The translations under genes were made by a program, and so were the position numbers. Positions 11,943 through 22,746 of a stretch of 64,000 bases of DNA are shown piece after piece. Origin of the DNA: Paraphysomonas bandaiensis (Eukaryota; Protista; Chrysophyceae); assembly GCA_965644295.1 (NCBI GenBank), contig CBFFRP010000149.1, positions 62,001 through 126,000 of the forward strand. The letters are read 5' to 3'. The notes beneath the pieces were generated by a model that did not search any database, was not told the DNA's origin, and saw only the letters and a list, made by a program, of their open reading frames with translations. Positions within the stretch are counted from its first letter, which is position 1. Each line of letters opens with the position of its first letter.

Positions 11943-14819
11943 TCAATACATGTTGGCAAGTACTTGCATACTACTAAGAACGGTGTTTTTTCTCTTGATG
12001 CGCTCTACTTGACTCGACTTCACGGATTTCTCGAACATATTTCGTGGTACAGCAGTTCTCGCTGCAGAGCATGCAGCGAGTGTAGGAAGAGGAGGTGGGC
12101 TGGTATATGGCATATATGCTCTCTCTAGTTCCATAAGATGTTCTGCAGTCAATTCAGCGCCTTGTACTTTGTTTTTAGTGGGTTTCAGCGTGGATGTTCG
12201 AGAGTTCGCTGTTGATGTGACAGTGCCTCTTGAAGTGCCAGCCTTCGACTTTGTAGTCGACATCGAAACAACTGCACCACCATCACGTAAAGCGGGAACA
12301 CTATCAATACGCAATTTACTGTCCATCCGCTGACAAGGGTCGAGCAACTTGTACAAAATGATTATATCAACATCAGGAGTTCTCAACTTCCGCTGAGCGG
12401 CGGGTAGTCCAGGAAAAAAAACAGACAACATTTTTGACAACGAAAAAGAAGAGAGGACAGATTTCATTCCAGCGCGAAAATAGTACCCACAAAAACCCTC
12501 CGAGCACGATGCCGCCACACCAATACGTTCACGCCACTTAGTGAGCTTTGTCTTTTCTAGAGGTGGAGGTTGAAGTGGAGGTGGAGGGGCTTCTTCACCA
12601 TCATTACTTTCAGGTTCTCCACGCAGAACAGGTTCAGGATCAAGTATAATGCAATCAGAAGCCTTCACGAAAGTGTAGTCCAAACGGTTTCCGGGGACTC
12701 CAGATGTAAGGGAAATTCGACCTAAAAGCTCAGCACCGTCAGCGTCATAGACAACCACTTTGCCGTTGGACACATGAACCACAACTATTGAAACACCTCG
12801 AATAGGCCATATTTTGACAATTTCATCGCCAGGAATAAAGTCGATGCGAGAATCAACAAGTTCCGCATTCAAACAAGATTGCGCAGATGCAATAGGTGAT
12901 GTAACAGCTGGTACATCGAGGTTGCTACATGGCATAACTGCGTGGAGTTTATAGAAGCACAAGACACCTGACGTGTCTCCAGACACTAAAAAATGAGACT
13001 GAGTGCCTGTAACAAAGCACAATGAAGTGATGGCACTACTATGCTTCGCAGGGGCGCTCAAAAATTGCATAGTTTTTAGATCCCAGAGTGTAACCAGACC
13101 ATCTTCCTGACCAATGCAAACGATTGTTTTATGTTCGTCCATCTCCACTGCAGTGATTTCACTCGACAGCGTCCAGTGGTGTAGTAACTCTATAACAGGT
13201 GGTATATCACATGGCTGGTTGTTATTTCGTTCTTCAGTCTCATCTTTTACATCGGGCAATTTCCCGCTCCGCATCCCAAATATAAACCACGCCTTCACAT
13301 CCTCAAGGAATAAACACATGCCATTTTGATACCGCCTTCTGAACTTCTCGTCGTGGTTCAGCTCAGCTTGATCAAGACCCCTGTGCTGATTTGCCTGAAG
13401 AAGATTCCCAGTAGAGGTAGAAGGATTCACAGGTGGGGTTAGTACTGGCTTATAACCGTCGTCCCACTGAAGCTCTGACTGAAATGGAAAGATATGCGCT
13501 GATAGGACCCGAGTGGAATTTGTAAATATTTTTTCCCACTTCGATTTCAATTTTAACGGCATTTGTGAGAGCACCTGATCCTTCATATTCCATTCGCAAA
13601 GTGGAGGTACTACTGGTTGAGACTTTTTAGTCTCTTCATCCCCTTCATGATCCTCGTATTCGTGATGCTCTTCAATATCTGTCATACGCTTTGCAAAAGG
13701 ATCCTCTCTGCAATTGATTGCTGGAAACTTATAGAGAGATACTAGAATTCCATGTGATATGATCAAAGCACGACCATCAGATGAAAGCTCTACTTGAATG
13801 TCATCATTTTCAAGTAAACATTCAAAAGAATGTATGAATTTACACTCCAAATCTTGAGAACTGTTCCCAGATACTTCCACAAGAGACACACTGCATTTGA
13901 AGGGCTCCGCCGCAGGCGTCTCCGGCTCAGGCATTGGAACAGGTGCCTTTCCCTTGCCAGCTTTTTTGGCCGCTGCTTTAGCTTGCTTTTCTCTCTCAGC
14001 AACAACTTCTGGGTCTTCTTGAGGTATTTCTTGGCGTTGTATTTTCAGCACCGCTACACGACATGCGTACTCTGGGGGGACGACAGTAGAGGCGTTCGAC
14101 ATATAAACACGCAAGTAAGCCGGTTCTGATTCCTCTGGGAACACTTGAAGTGTCTGCACAGACTTTCCACTAGACACACTGGACACCACAAACGATCCAG
14201 CAGTATTAATTGAATAAACAAATTTCCCACCACTTGTCATGGCCGCTACGTTCTTAGACTTTTCTTTCTCACTCGAAGGGAAACATTCATTATCAAGATT
14301 ACGATTGCGGCGGACGACTGTGTTGCGACCTGGGATTTCCTCATGAACCTCGGGGTGTTTGCGTAAAATTTCCAGCCATGCGCTGTCAATTATCTCCATC
14401 TGTAGAATAGGTAAACTCAATAGTATTAGCACAACATAAAGTTCTACCTCTAATATTTTAGATATCATTCTGTACGGCTGAGGTAGAGGATCGGAAAACT
14501 GGTCTGGATCAAGATGATCACTTGGCAAACCCACATCAAGAGTTTTCATTAGTTTATGATACTCTATTTCACCATTCGAAGCAAGAAATCGGCGATCAAT
14601 AAAGTCGTACTCTTTCGGGTCTAATTGGACATTGAAATCATCAAGTGCCTCGACAAGTGATTTCAACGGTATGGTTCCTTTGTATACTTTACCAGACAAG
14701 TGCTCAAGCAAGTCTCTAATTGAATTAGCTTCTCGAATTTTGGACTGAATGGAAGCAACTAAAGCTTGTCCTCCAGGTAGCTTCTTGATTAGAGTTGATC
14801 CTTTGGTGTCGTCAAACAT
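11943..14819 (-). CDS. WDR93: WD repeat protein 93-like (CFAP297) with degenerate N-terminal EF-hand pair
   Basis: LPQPYRMISKIL...IIDSAW motif typical of WDR93; WD40 repeats (IGQEDGLVTLWD, LVSGDTSGVLCFY). The ORF reads through a probable 48-nt in-frame intron at 14400-14447. Confidence 0.7.
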   Translation of the reverse strand: MFDDTKGSTLIKKLPGGQALVASIQSKIREANSIRDLLEHLSGKVYKGTIPLKSLVEALDDFNVQLDPKEYDFIDRRFLASNGEIEYHKLMKTLDVGLPSDHLDPDQFSDPLPQPYRMISKILEVELYVVLILLSLPILQMEIIDSAWLEILRKHPEVHEEIPGRNTVVRRNRNLDNECFPSSEKEKSKNVAAMTSGGKFVYSINTAGSFVVSSVSSGKSVQTLQVFPEESEPAYLRVYMSNASTVVPPEYACRVAVLKIQRQEIPQEDPEVVAEREKQAKAAAKKAGKGKAPVPMPEPETPAAEPFKCSVSLVEVSGNSSQDLECKFIHSFECLLENDDIQVELSSDGRALIISHGILVSLYKFPAINCREDPFAKRMTDIEEHHEYEDHEGDEETKKSQPVVPPLCEWNMKDQVLSQMPLKLKSKWEKIFTNSTRVLSAHIFPFQSELQWDDGYKPVLTPPVNPSTSTGNLLQANQHRGLDQAELNHDEKFRRRYQNGMCLFLEDVKAWFIFGMRSGKLPDVKDETEERNNNQPCDIPPVIELLHHWTLSSEITAVEMDEHKTIVCIGQEDGLVTLWDLKTMQFLSAPAKHSSAITSLCFVTGTQSHFLVSGDTSGVLCFYKLHAVMPCSNLDVPAVTSPIASAQSCLNAELVDSRIDFIPGDEIVKIWPIRGVSIVVVHVSNGKVVVYDADGAELLGRISLTSGVPGNRLDYTFVKASDCIILDPEPVLRGEPESNDGEEAPPPPLQPPPLEKTKLTKWRERIGVAASCSEGFCGYYFRAGMKSVLSSFSLSKMLSVFFPGLPAAQRKLRTPDVDIIILYKLLDPCQRMDSKLRIDSVPALRDGGAVVSMSTTKSKAGTSRGTVTSTANSRTSTLKPTKNKVQGAELTAEHLMELERAYMPYTSPPPLPTLAACSAARTAVPRNMFEKSVKSSQVERIKRKNTVLSSMQVLANMY

Positions 14820-15466
14820 TATCGTACACCCAAATATGGAATACAGTTAAAGATTAGTTTCAATTCTTTGTCAATTAAGTACACAGTTGTAGTTGTAAAT
14901 ATCACGCTTGTAATTCTACAATGATGACAGCAGTGGTGACAAATATCTAGATCAGTGTATCTCTATATCAACTATTAATTAATCAACAGCATAGTCTCAA
15001 CACGTCTGCTCATATGCTCAATCTACTTGCTTCTTATCCTGTCGAAGTATCGCTATTCAAGTGACAGGGACTTTAATAGCATTCATCTTCTACACAATCC
15101 TCCATATGAATTAAACACATACACACATTCCATACACACTGCATCACTCAGTGTATAACTGCCTGTATAATATATGTGTATGTACAGTATTATATCAACC
15201 GTATGGCTAGAATACAGTGGGATTTTAATATATTATTATATTTTTACACTTTTATCACACACTTCTCCTAGTTTTCTCGAAAATCAGTGTTTTCGAAGAT
15301 TCTGTTTCTAGATTCTCCGGTATTGTGTTTGGCGTATCCTGGAAATATCTGGATATAGCATGCAGGTATATCATGCCATAGTATGGTATATGAACAGCAG
15401 AACCCGCACTCACAGCAACACAAAACACTGAGCATCTATCAAGATCAGTAACTGCCGTATATAATT

Positions 15467-16363
15467 ATGACTGATTTTAATTTCAGTGTGTCGACTTGTC
15501 CGTGTTGTATCCCCAGCACTATAGTCGCTGTCGTATTTCTTTGTTGGATATTCACTAAATCATGTAACCTCATTGCACAGTGTTTCTTGTCTAATAGTTC
15601 AGTTGTTACAAAAGGACTCAAGTGTCTTTTATACATAACAAATATTCTTGTTGTATTAGTTGCTATATTTATGGGTGCGCTTATTTCGTCAAGCTCTGCA
15701 CGAGATTCATTTTTTGCCTTCCTTTGCTCTAAAATGACTCAAAGTCCCGATCTTGACCCCATGCGATGTGGGCTAGTTGGGAATATTAGCGGTCGCGTAT
15801 TGGAGTTCGGATTTGGACCTGGTACGAACTTTAGATGTTGGAAGAATGCTGCCATCACTGAGTGGGTAGGTGTTGATCCGAACACACATTTCGCGGATAC
15901 TGTAGCGACACAAAAGCTTGAGCGAAACTTAACATTCCCGTCAAGTGTAGTGTGGCTAAAAGGTGAAAACGTTGATGTTGAACCTGGAAGTTTTGATGTC
16001 GTTGTTGCCACCCATACCTTGTGTTCGGTTACTGACGTAGGTCAGGTACTGCGTCAAATATCACGCGCACTTAAACCAGGGGGTACATTTTATTTTATGG
16101 AGCACGTTGCTGCACCAAAGGGTTCTACGCTACGATATGTGCAGCAATTGCTGTCGCCGTTCTTCTCAGTTATTGGTAATGGTTGCCAATTTCGGGAGTT
16201 GTGGAAAGATATCAGTGCTAGCAACTTTGAATCTGGCCTTGAGACTTTTGATATTGTGCTAGATCATGTAGAGGCGCCAATTAAGTTGCCACCTCTTGTG
16301 CCCCATATTGTAGGTACTGCAAAGAAGCATCTCAATATCCAGTCGGAGTGTGAATCTGGATGA
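15467..16363 (+). CDS. Membrane-anchored class I SAM-dependent methyltransferase, METTL7/TMT1-like
   Basis: VLEFGFGPGTNF motif I, GVDPN, SFDVVVATHTLCSV, LKPGGTFYFMEHV; hydrophobic N-terminal segments. Confidence 0.85.
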   Translation: MTDFNFSVSTCPCCIPSTIVAVVFLCWIFTKSCNLIAQCFLSNSSVVTKGLKCLLYITNILVVLVAIFMGALISSSSARDSFFAFLCSKMTQSPDLDPMRCGLVGNISGRVLEFGFGPGTNFRCWKNAAITEWVGVDPNTHFADTVATQKLERNLTFPSSVVWLKGENVDVEPGSFDVVVATHTLCSVTDVGQVLRQISRALKPGGTFYFMEHVAAPKGSTLRYVQQLLSPFFSVIGNGCQFRELWKDISASNFESGLETFDIVLDHVEAPIKLPPLVPHIVGTAKKHLNIQSECESG

Positions 16364-17721
16364 CATTAGTGCTTCAGTGACTTCTGATTGTACCCATCAT
16401 TGTAGGAGGCAACTGTTTCATCTAGAATGTCGTGCAACTATATACCACAATACTAACCTAAGTATGATGTTAAGTGCTCATAGTGACTTTTGAAGTTTTC
16501 GTTGGAATCATAGTCATATAGCTGCAAGTGATACTACGCAGCATTACACAAGTGTAGGTCGGATCTGTTTGTTCTTATCTTCTTTTGACGACTGTATAAT
16601 GCGTAACATTACTCGCAGAAGAAGACAACTTTTCAACCAATCATCGCGCGTTTACTGATAAATATGCAATTCGAAGTATAATGTAAAGTGAAGAGTACTA
16701 TAGCAAAATTAGGTATGACAAGGTTCGTAGTAGGATGTTAGGGATTTCTATATGATTATTTCTGGAAGTAGAAAACTAGCCATTTATGGCTGGGAAACCA
16801 CTTCTAGAATTAGCTATGGGGATATAGGTAGAAGGATATGTATATAGCAGAAGTAAGAAGTTGAAAAGTCTAGGACTTAAAGAGTAAGAAAAGAAAAGCG
16901 TTGGGTGCTGTAGGAAGACTATTTCTACCCTACATCACCTGTGCACATGGACAGTGATGATAAGACCACATATATAAAAGTCTTATCCCCATTTTGTCTC
17001 AAAAAATGCTTTTTTTTGACCTGATTTGGGCTCAACAGGGCGCTCATATCAGCACCGGGCAAATATAGACATTCAACTTCAATATTCGGTTGAACAGAAG
17101 CTCACTTCTATCTTTATTATAATATTGACAGTCGAATGTACGTGATTTTATTATAGTACACAATTATAGAGAAACCACAATCATGAGCCAAATATCAAGA
17201 GCAGATCATCTAACACTCCAGGTTATATTCCATCCTTCGACTGCTGTATAAGATCACAACGATGTCAGTGCAAGTGATCTGTCTTCATATCCAGGACTTC
17301 GAAACAATTTCAAGAATATTACAGGAGAGTTTAAGTACCATATCTGATGCTATATAGGTGGTTAGGAGCAGTGGCACCCAGTTCTTTCAGGGCTTGAGCC
17401 ATATCATGCTTCTCAGGATATTGTGTGTCCCATATCATACACACATCATTCGATCAGGTGCACTTGCAGAAGTTAAGCCTGCTGTATATGAATGTGATGA
17501 TGATGCTAATCAAGGCAATATGAAGCCTCTCTGTCATCTTCAACTGTTTACATTTATCATCACACTTACAGTATACAACATATCATTCATTTGAAACTAT
17601 ATGAGTTCTCATTTGTGTTATTAATTTAATCAAGGAACATCTATTTCTTAATACAGCAAGCATGCTACAAATTGCAATACAATCTAATATTAACTTTTCA
17701 ACGTCATGAGGATTAGCTACA

Positions 17722-17841
17722 ATTTAACCTAGGGATAAGGAGTATCGTCCCTTGTCTAAATTTTAAAACTCGGGCTTTTCGCCCTCGTTTTAAAATTTTG
17801 AGCGCGGGACGATATAGCCTCCTTATTGCCCGTGGTTAAAT
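17722..17841. mobile_element. 120-bp hairpin (foldback) MITE-like element
   Basis: Arms ATTTAACC..GGGATAAGGAG..TATCGTCCC..TTTTAAAAC and GTTTTAAAA..GGGACGATA..CTCCTTATTGCCC..GGTTAAAT are reverse complements. Confidence 0.75.
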
Positions 17842-17852
17842 ATAACTATATT

Positions 17853-18310
17853 GTTAGCAATAGGGGTCAATGGTCAATAATCAGCACCAGGTAAGTAGCT
17901 AGATGAAAACTAGTCAAGCTAAATAGATTTTTACCTGTAACTAACTAGTGCAAATTTTCATATCCTACTATGTAACGCTACGAAAGCTGTTTGTGCGTCG
18001 CCGCAAGCACCAAGGTGCGACTACTTCCGTTTTGTATGTGAGGGAGAAGCTCTCTATAGATGAGTCCTTGAAGTGCAGATGGGGTTATTCAAGGGGGCGT
18101 CCATTAGGGTAGGGGTCTGCAGGACTTTGTGGAGGCACAGGTGTCTGAATTAGTGAGTCGAGTGTTCCCAACCTGAGAGACGTGGGCGACGGGGTAGATT
18201 GGGATTCCGATGTGTCTTGAGATGGCGTGGGGCGCGAGTTGGGTCTAGGGAGAAGGAATAGCAGACGGAGGCGGTGTCGTGGCATCTCCGCTGGTGCCAT
18301 GTGTGGGGTA
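17853..18310 (-). mobile_element. 5'-truncated LINE-like 3' fragment
   Basis: ORF remnant ending PYPNGRPLE*, followed by the shared tail core (reverse complement at ~17985-18025). The 3' UTR matches 51220-51420. Confidence 0.6.
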
Positions 18311-18750
18311 AGTTAGGATGATAAGACCAGCAATTTTAGTCATTATGGCGAGGCTTAATCACCCGTAGTCGTTACAGTACTATTAAAAAGAAGTATCCAT
18401 GACATGGTATTCTCTAAATCAAAGCCAATCAGAAGCGTGGTGTTATAGTTTGTAATAATAGAAATCATGAATACGTGTCGTGCTCAACGAGACTTTTTAT
18501 TATAATTGTGGCAAAGACGTACAATTCCTTGCCTAATCCAACTCCATGCCAAGATTTACGTAACACAAAAAGGCTAAGTATTCGGAAGAAAAGTGGCTGC
18601 TAAGCTTGATCCCCCAAAGAAGCATTGTAGCTTGATTGCCACAGAGTAACACTCACACATTAACGTTATATATAGACATATTTATAGCCTGAAATCGTGG
18701 CAGAAAATCTGACATTCACAGAGCTATATTTTAAAAAATCGTAAATTGTA

Positions 18751-21700
18751 CTAGACTCTGTTCGTTGCCTCCAATGAGTGTATTACAGTCACCAGCTGCT
18801 CTGATGAGACAGGCTTATGTATTACAGTACTTGCGCCATGTTCCAGAAAATAAGCTGTATCTGCTTTTAATACATTTCCAGTCAATCCAATTATTGGTAT
18901 AGTATATCCTTTTTCACGTAATATTTTAGCTGCTGTTGGTCCATTCATTCTAGGCATCTGGCCATCAACATGGGTTAATTTAAGCAAACATCATATAACA
19001 CAAAAATTACCTCGTAATCCATTACAATCGCATCAATAGTATCTGGGTTCTCGATAACTTTACTAATGCATTCTTCCCCATCAACTGCTTCCAGGCAAGT
19101 GTAGTTTGCTTGTCGCAACAACCGGCACACCACTTTGCGGCACATCGCAGAGTCATCAACCACAATTACATTTCTGGGAGAAAATGAAGTGTCCAATGCA
19201 CACTCAGAACGATAAGACTCTAACATCAACTTCGGAGTGGGTGGGATTGACACGCATTCTGTTCCCTGTATAGCCATTGTAACAGGTGTTGTAGGAGAAT
19301 CCCTTGGGAAAAACACTGGTAACTCGACAACAAACGAAGTGCCACACCCCTCTCCAGCAGAGCTACACGATATGGTGCCATGATGATGCTCAACAATGCT
19401 TTTAGCAATCCAAAGCCCAAGCCCAGAGCCTTGACCGGCCTGTGTACACATAATAAACACCTATCGATGCAGTAACAATGCATTGCCACACTATTATACC
19501 TGTAGTTTATTGGTTTTAAACTGCCAGCCTTCCTTGAATACATTGTCTATATTTTCTTGAGATAGTCCAACACCGGAATCTCTCACCGTTATTACAACTG
19601 AACCTTCCGCGATATGTGTACCTTGGTACTGGGACGCTACTTCGTTGACATGAGGGAGTCCATCGCGATTCCATTTCACTGAAATATATATATATGAGAC
19701 CGTATTTACAATAACGAAGTTTCATAGAAGTCTGGTTGCGCCATTAAAAATCAACAAAACCATATAGTACCTGAAACATCCACAGAACCGCCTGCTTTGG
19801 TAAACTTTAGAGCGTTAGATATTAGATTGCGAATAACTTGTCGAAGTTTACTGTCATCACCATGTATACATAGTGCCATCATTCTCGTGCTGGGTGATAC
19901 GCTTTGTAAACTCGAGCTATCATGGGCCGAGAATGATTTAGCAGAAGCACTCAAGTCACTTTCTTTACGCAATGCTTCTCTTACGGCATTATTTAACTCC
20001 TCCGACATACGGCTGTGCCTCCTAATTTCACAGTCCTTCTCGTCAGACGTTTCTGTATCGAAAGTTAAGGTTACTCCGGCCTCCACAGCTTGAATCTCAA
20101 ATAATCTTGTTGTAGTGAGCATTAGTTCCATCACATTCAGAATCTCCAAGTTCATATCAATATTACCAAACTTAATTCGATCGTATTGAAGTAAGTCATT
20201 GAGGATCAATACCGCAGCATCAGTACTGCCACCAATGTTTTCCAATAGAGCAGAAAAATCATCCAATTTCTCACGGGACACTTGAATTGGTCTATCTACA
20301 TTTGCTACGGTTCGTCGATCATCAACAGCAGTAACATTGGCTGGAAGAAGAGATTGTATCTCGCGAGCTACTAATTTAATGCCTAAACTGACTGTAGTGA
20401 GGGGAGTTCTCATTTCTGCATAGAGTATGTATCAGAGAAATTCAACATATAATATGTATTGGTACAAGGACTTACCGTGACTAATATAACGAACAAAATT
20501 CCTCTTGGCCTCATCATTCTCGAGGGTGCGCTTCGTGACTACCACGTCGTACCCCACAAACTGCACCATGCATGCTATTATCACAGCTACTGTTATCGCA
20601 GAAGTATAAATTGGACCATTCCCGTGGAACACTTTCGAGTAGGTTTCATCTCGGTATATGGTAACGGTGTATGTAAAGTCAATATTGTCGAAGAAAGAAA
20701 CAGGAAACTTCACTCTGTCTTCTTTATATTGCTTCTCTATTTTGCACCCAGATTCAATGTATACAGCTCTTCCATCTACAAATGTAAAGCAGTATTCACT
20801 CCTCTCATCATTCAAAACAACATGCAGACCCTCAGTGGATTCGAACACAGATTTGGTTAGCATTTCATCCCAATTAAACAGAGCAGATACAGAGCCCACA
20901 TGAATATATTCCTGGCCACCTAAGGTAATAATAATACTTGAAGAAGCTACATCCGGTTCTAAATCACTGAAATTTGTGATCGGTAACATCACAGGGTGAT
21001 GTATAAAACTTGCGGGACGAAATTCCACATCTTCCACGAGGTGAATTACTCGAGAGATACCCATGCATTCTTGAGCTATTACTGACATCTCTGTGCCTTC
21101 CATACTACCATCATACCTACGAATACATTCGAATATCGGATCAATAGCGTCAATGCGGTCCTGATCGGAGTATATATTAAACAGGAGAGCTCCTCTATTG
21201 ACTGTCGGATTCTTGATCTGAACGATTGGCAGAATTAAATCATTCTCCCCATAAGAATAGGGTTCAGTCACTGTGTACACTTTATTCGTAGACTCGTTTA
21301 CAGCAAATATGCCTTGTTGACGAATGCTCTCAGCAAGGTCCGGAAACCCTGAGGCGGAGTAAAAGTCACTGGTATACTTGATAAATGACGGAATCTGTCG
21401 GGGATGTATTTTCACTTCGTGATTGCATCCACGTATATCTGCCATTGTTATCAACGAGTTCACAAATCTATCATACACCTCAATATCGACAGTGCAATTC
21501 GGCCACGATGCTGTGGTTGGACAACTTGTCTTCAACAAAGACTCCATGCTATTCAACGCTGATTGCTTGGTTGCAAAGCCCTCTTTACAGTACCGCTTCA
21601 TGTGGTCGGTCAAGGACTTGAAGGACAACTTCTCAACTTTGTCTTCATCTGCTCTCATGAGTGTGTATGAGAAATACCCTCCAATCGCAGCGGTGGCAAA

Positions 21701-21796
21701 CAAACAGCACATCAGTGTCAACCTCAATAGATTTAAGCTGTGGTCGAAATTGGCTTTGCCTCCTAGAGGCCCCAAAGGAGTTACTTTCAATGACAT
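18751..21796 (-). CDS. Hybrid sensor histidine kinase (TM - CHASE-like sensor - TM - HisKA - HATPase - REC), copy A, 5 exons
   Basis: H-box FVRYISH|EMRTPL across intron 1, N-box NLISNALKFT, G1 VRDSGVGL, G2 GSGLGLWIAKSIVEHHHG, receiver VVDDS...MDYE|MPRMNG...HKPV. Confidence 0.92.
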
Positions 21797-22239
21797 ATAG
21801 TTCTCGATGAAATGATTGGAAATATATGAATGATAACTGTATATATGATTTGTTTTAATGTGTTTAATGTTATGTGTACAGGGGATGGCCTACTCCTGTT
21901 CGTGCGTTCCAGTCGCATTGGTATATTGCCTTGAGAATAATGAGGGAAATAGAGAGTCCTCGAAAATCTCATCGTTATGGTAGCAAAACAGTGATTGGGG
22001 AATGGCCTCATCTCTAATCGTCTGCATTCATTATATATGGTCACATTGTACATCCCTCCTCCCCAAACCCCTCTGCCGACTATACAGCAAATGGGACGAA
22101 AATATCCTCAAGATTTGTACAGAGTTTTCCCACAAAAAAAAACATGAATGAAAATGTGTTAGTAATTTTTATACTATTTTTCAAAAAGTGGTGTTTTTTT
22201 ACTTTCCACACCGTATTTATCCCCCAATTCGACTCTTTT

Positions 22240-22375
22240 CATGAATTTTTCGTCATTTCAAATGATTTTCCAAGACAATGGACACAATGCGGTGTGGTGT
22301 GTACCATCATGGCGTAAATAATACAGTCGAGTCCTATTCAGTATTTCGGTTTGCCTGCTTGATCTGCATGTTGAT
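22240..22375. repeat. Left copy of the 136-bp direct duplication flanking the Copia element (putative long TSD)
   Basis: CATGAATTTTTCG...CTGCATGTTGAT is identical to 27474-27609 and abuts the 5' LTR exactly. Confidence 0.9.
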
Positions 22376-22731
22376 CGTAGAGCTAAATGATGATTCGGTA
22401 TAGAAGTCTTCGAGTGATGGAAATGAAAGTCAACGTGCACATTCGTTTTTGTTACAGTGATTATGTTTTCAGTCATTGTACATGTGTGACTCTGTAGGAT
22501 ACGAGTGAGAGTGTACAGTAGAACATGATCAGCTGTAGTATTATTGTGTTGTAGGGAGACACCATAATTTCCTATCACTAACGATTTCTGTAGTATTTGC
22601 AAAGAGACTTGTCTTTTGCCTACCTGTAGTGTAGTTTGAACGGAGGACAACGGGCGAACTGGATCCGTGAGTGTTTGATTGATCTGTAGTATCAGTGTTG
22701 TATTTTCGATCCAAGTACGTATTTCTCTTCG
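22376..22731 (+). repeat. 5' LTR (356 bp, CGTAGAG...CTCTTCG)
   Basis: Identical by eye to 27118-27473. Boundaries are fixed by divergence of flanking bases: gat|CG vs gtg|CG, and CG|tga vs CG|cat. Confidence 0.95.
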
Positions 22732-22746
22732 TGATAGGAAATTATG
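22731..22746 (+). promoter_or_regulatory. Putative self-priming primer-binding site
   Basis: GTGATAGGAAATTATG is the exact reverse complement of CATAATTTCCTATCAC at 22563-22578 inside the LTR (27305-27320 in the 3' LTR). It does not begin with the TGG expected for a tRNA 3'-CCA primer. Confidence 0.8.

Noticed and set aside
17180-17600. Coding-like stretch
   Set aside because: Only short frames with no recognisable motif.
22732-22746. Conventional tRNA-Met or half-tRNA PBS
   Set aside because: It matches neither the TGGTATCA-type nor the GGTTATGG-type site, nor the local tRNA-Glu 3' ends, whereas it has a perfect complement in the LTR. A full tRNA scan is still needed.
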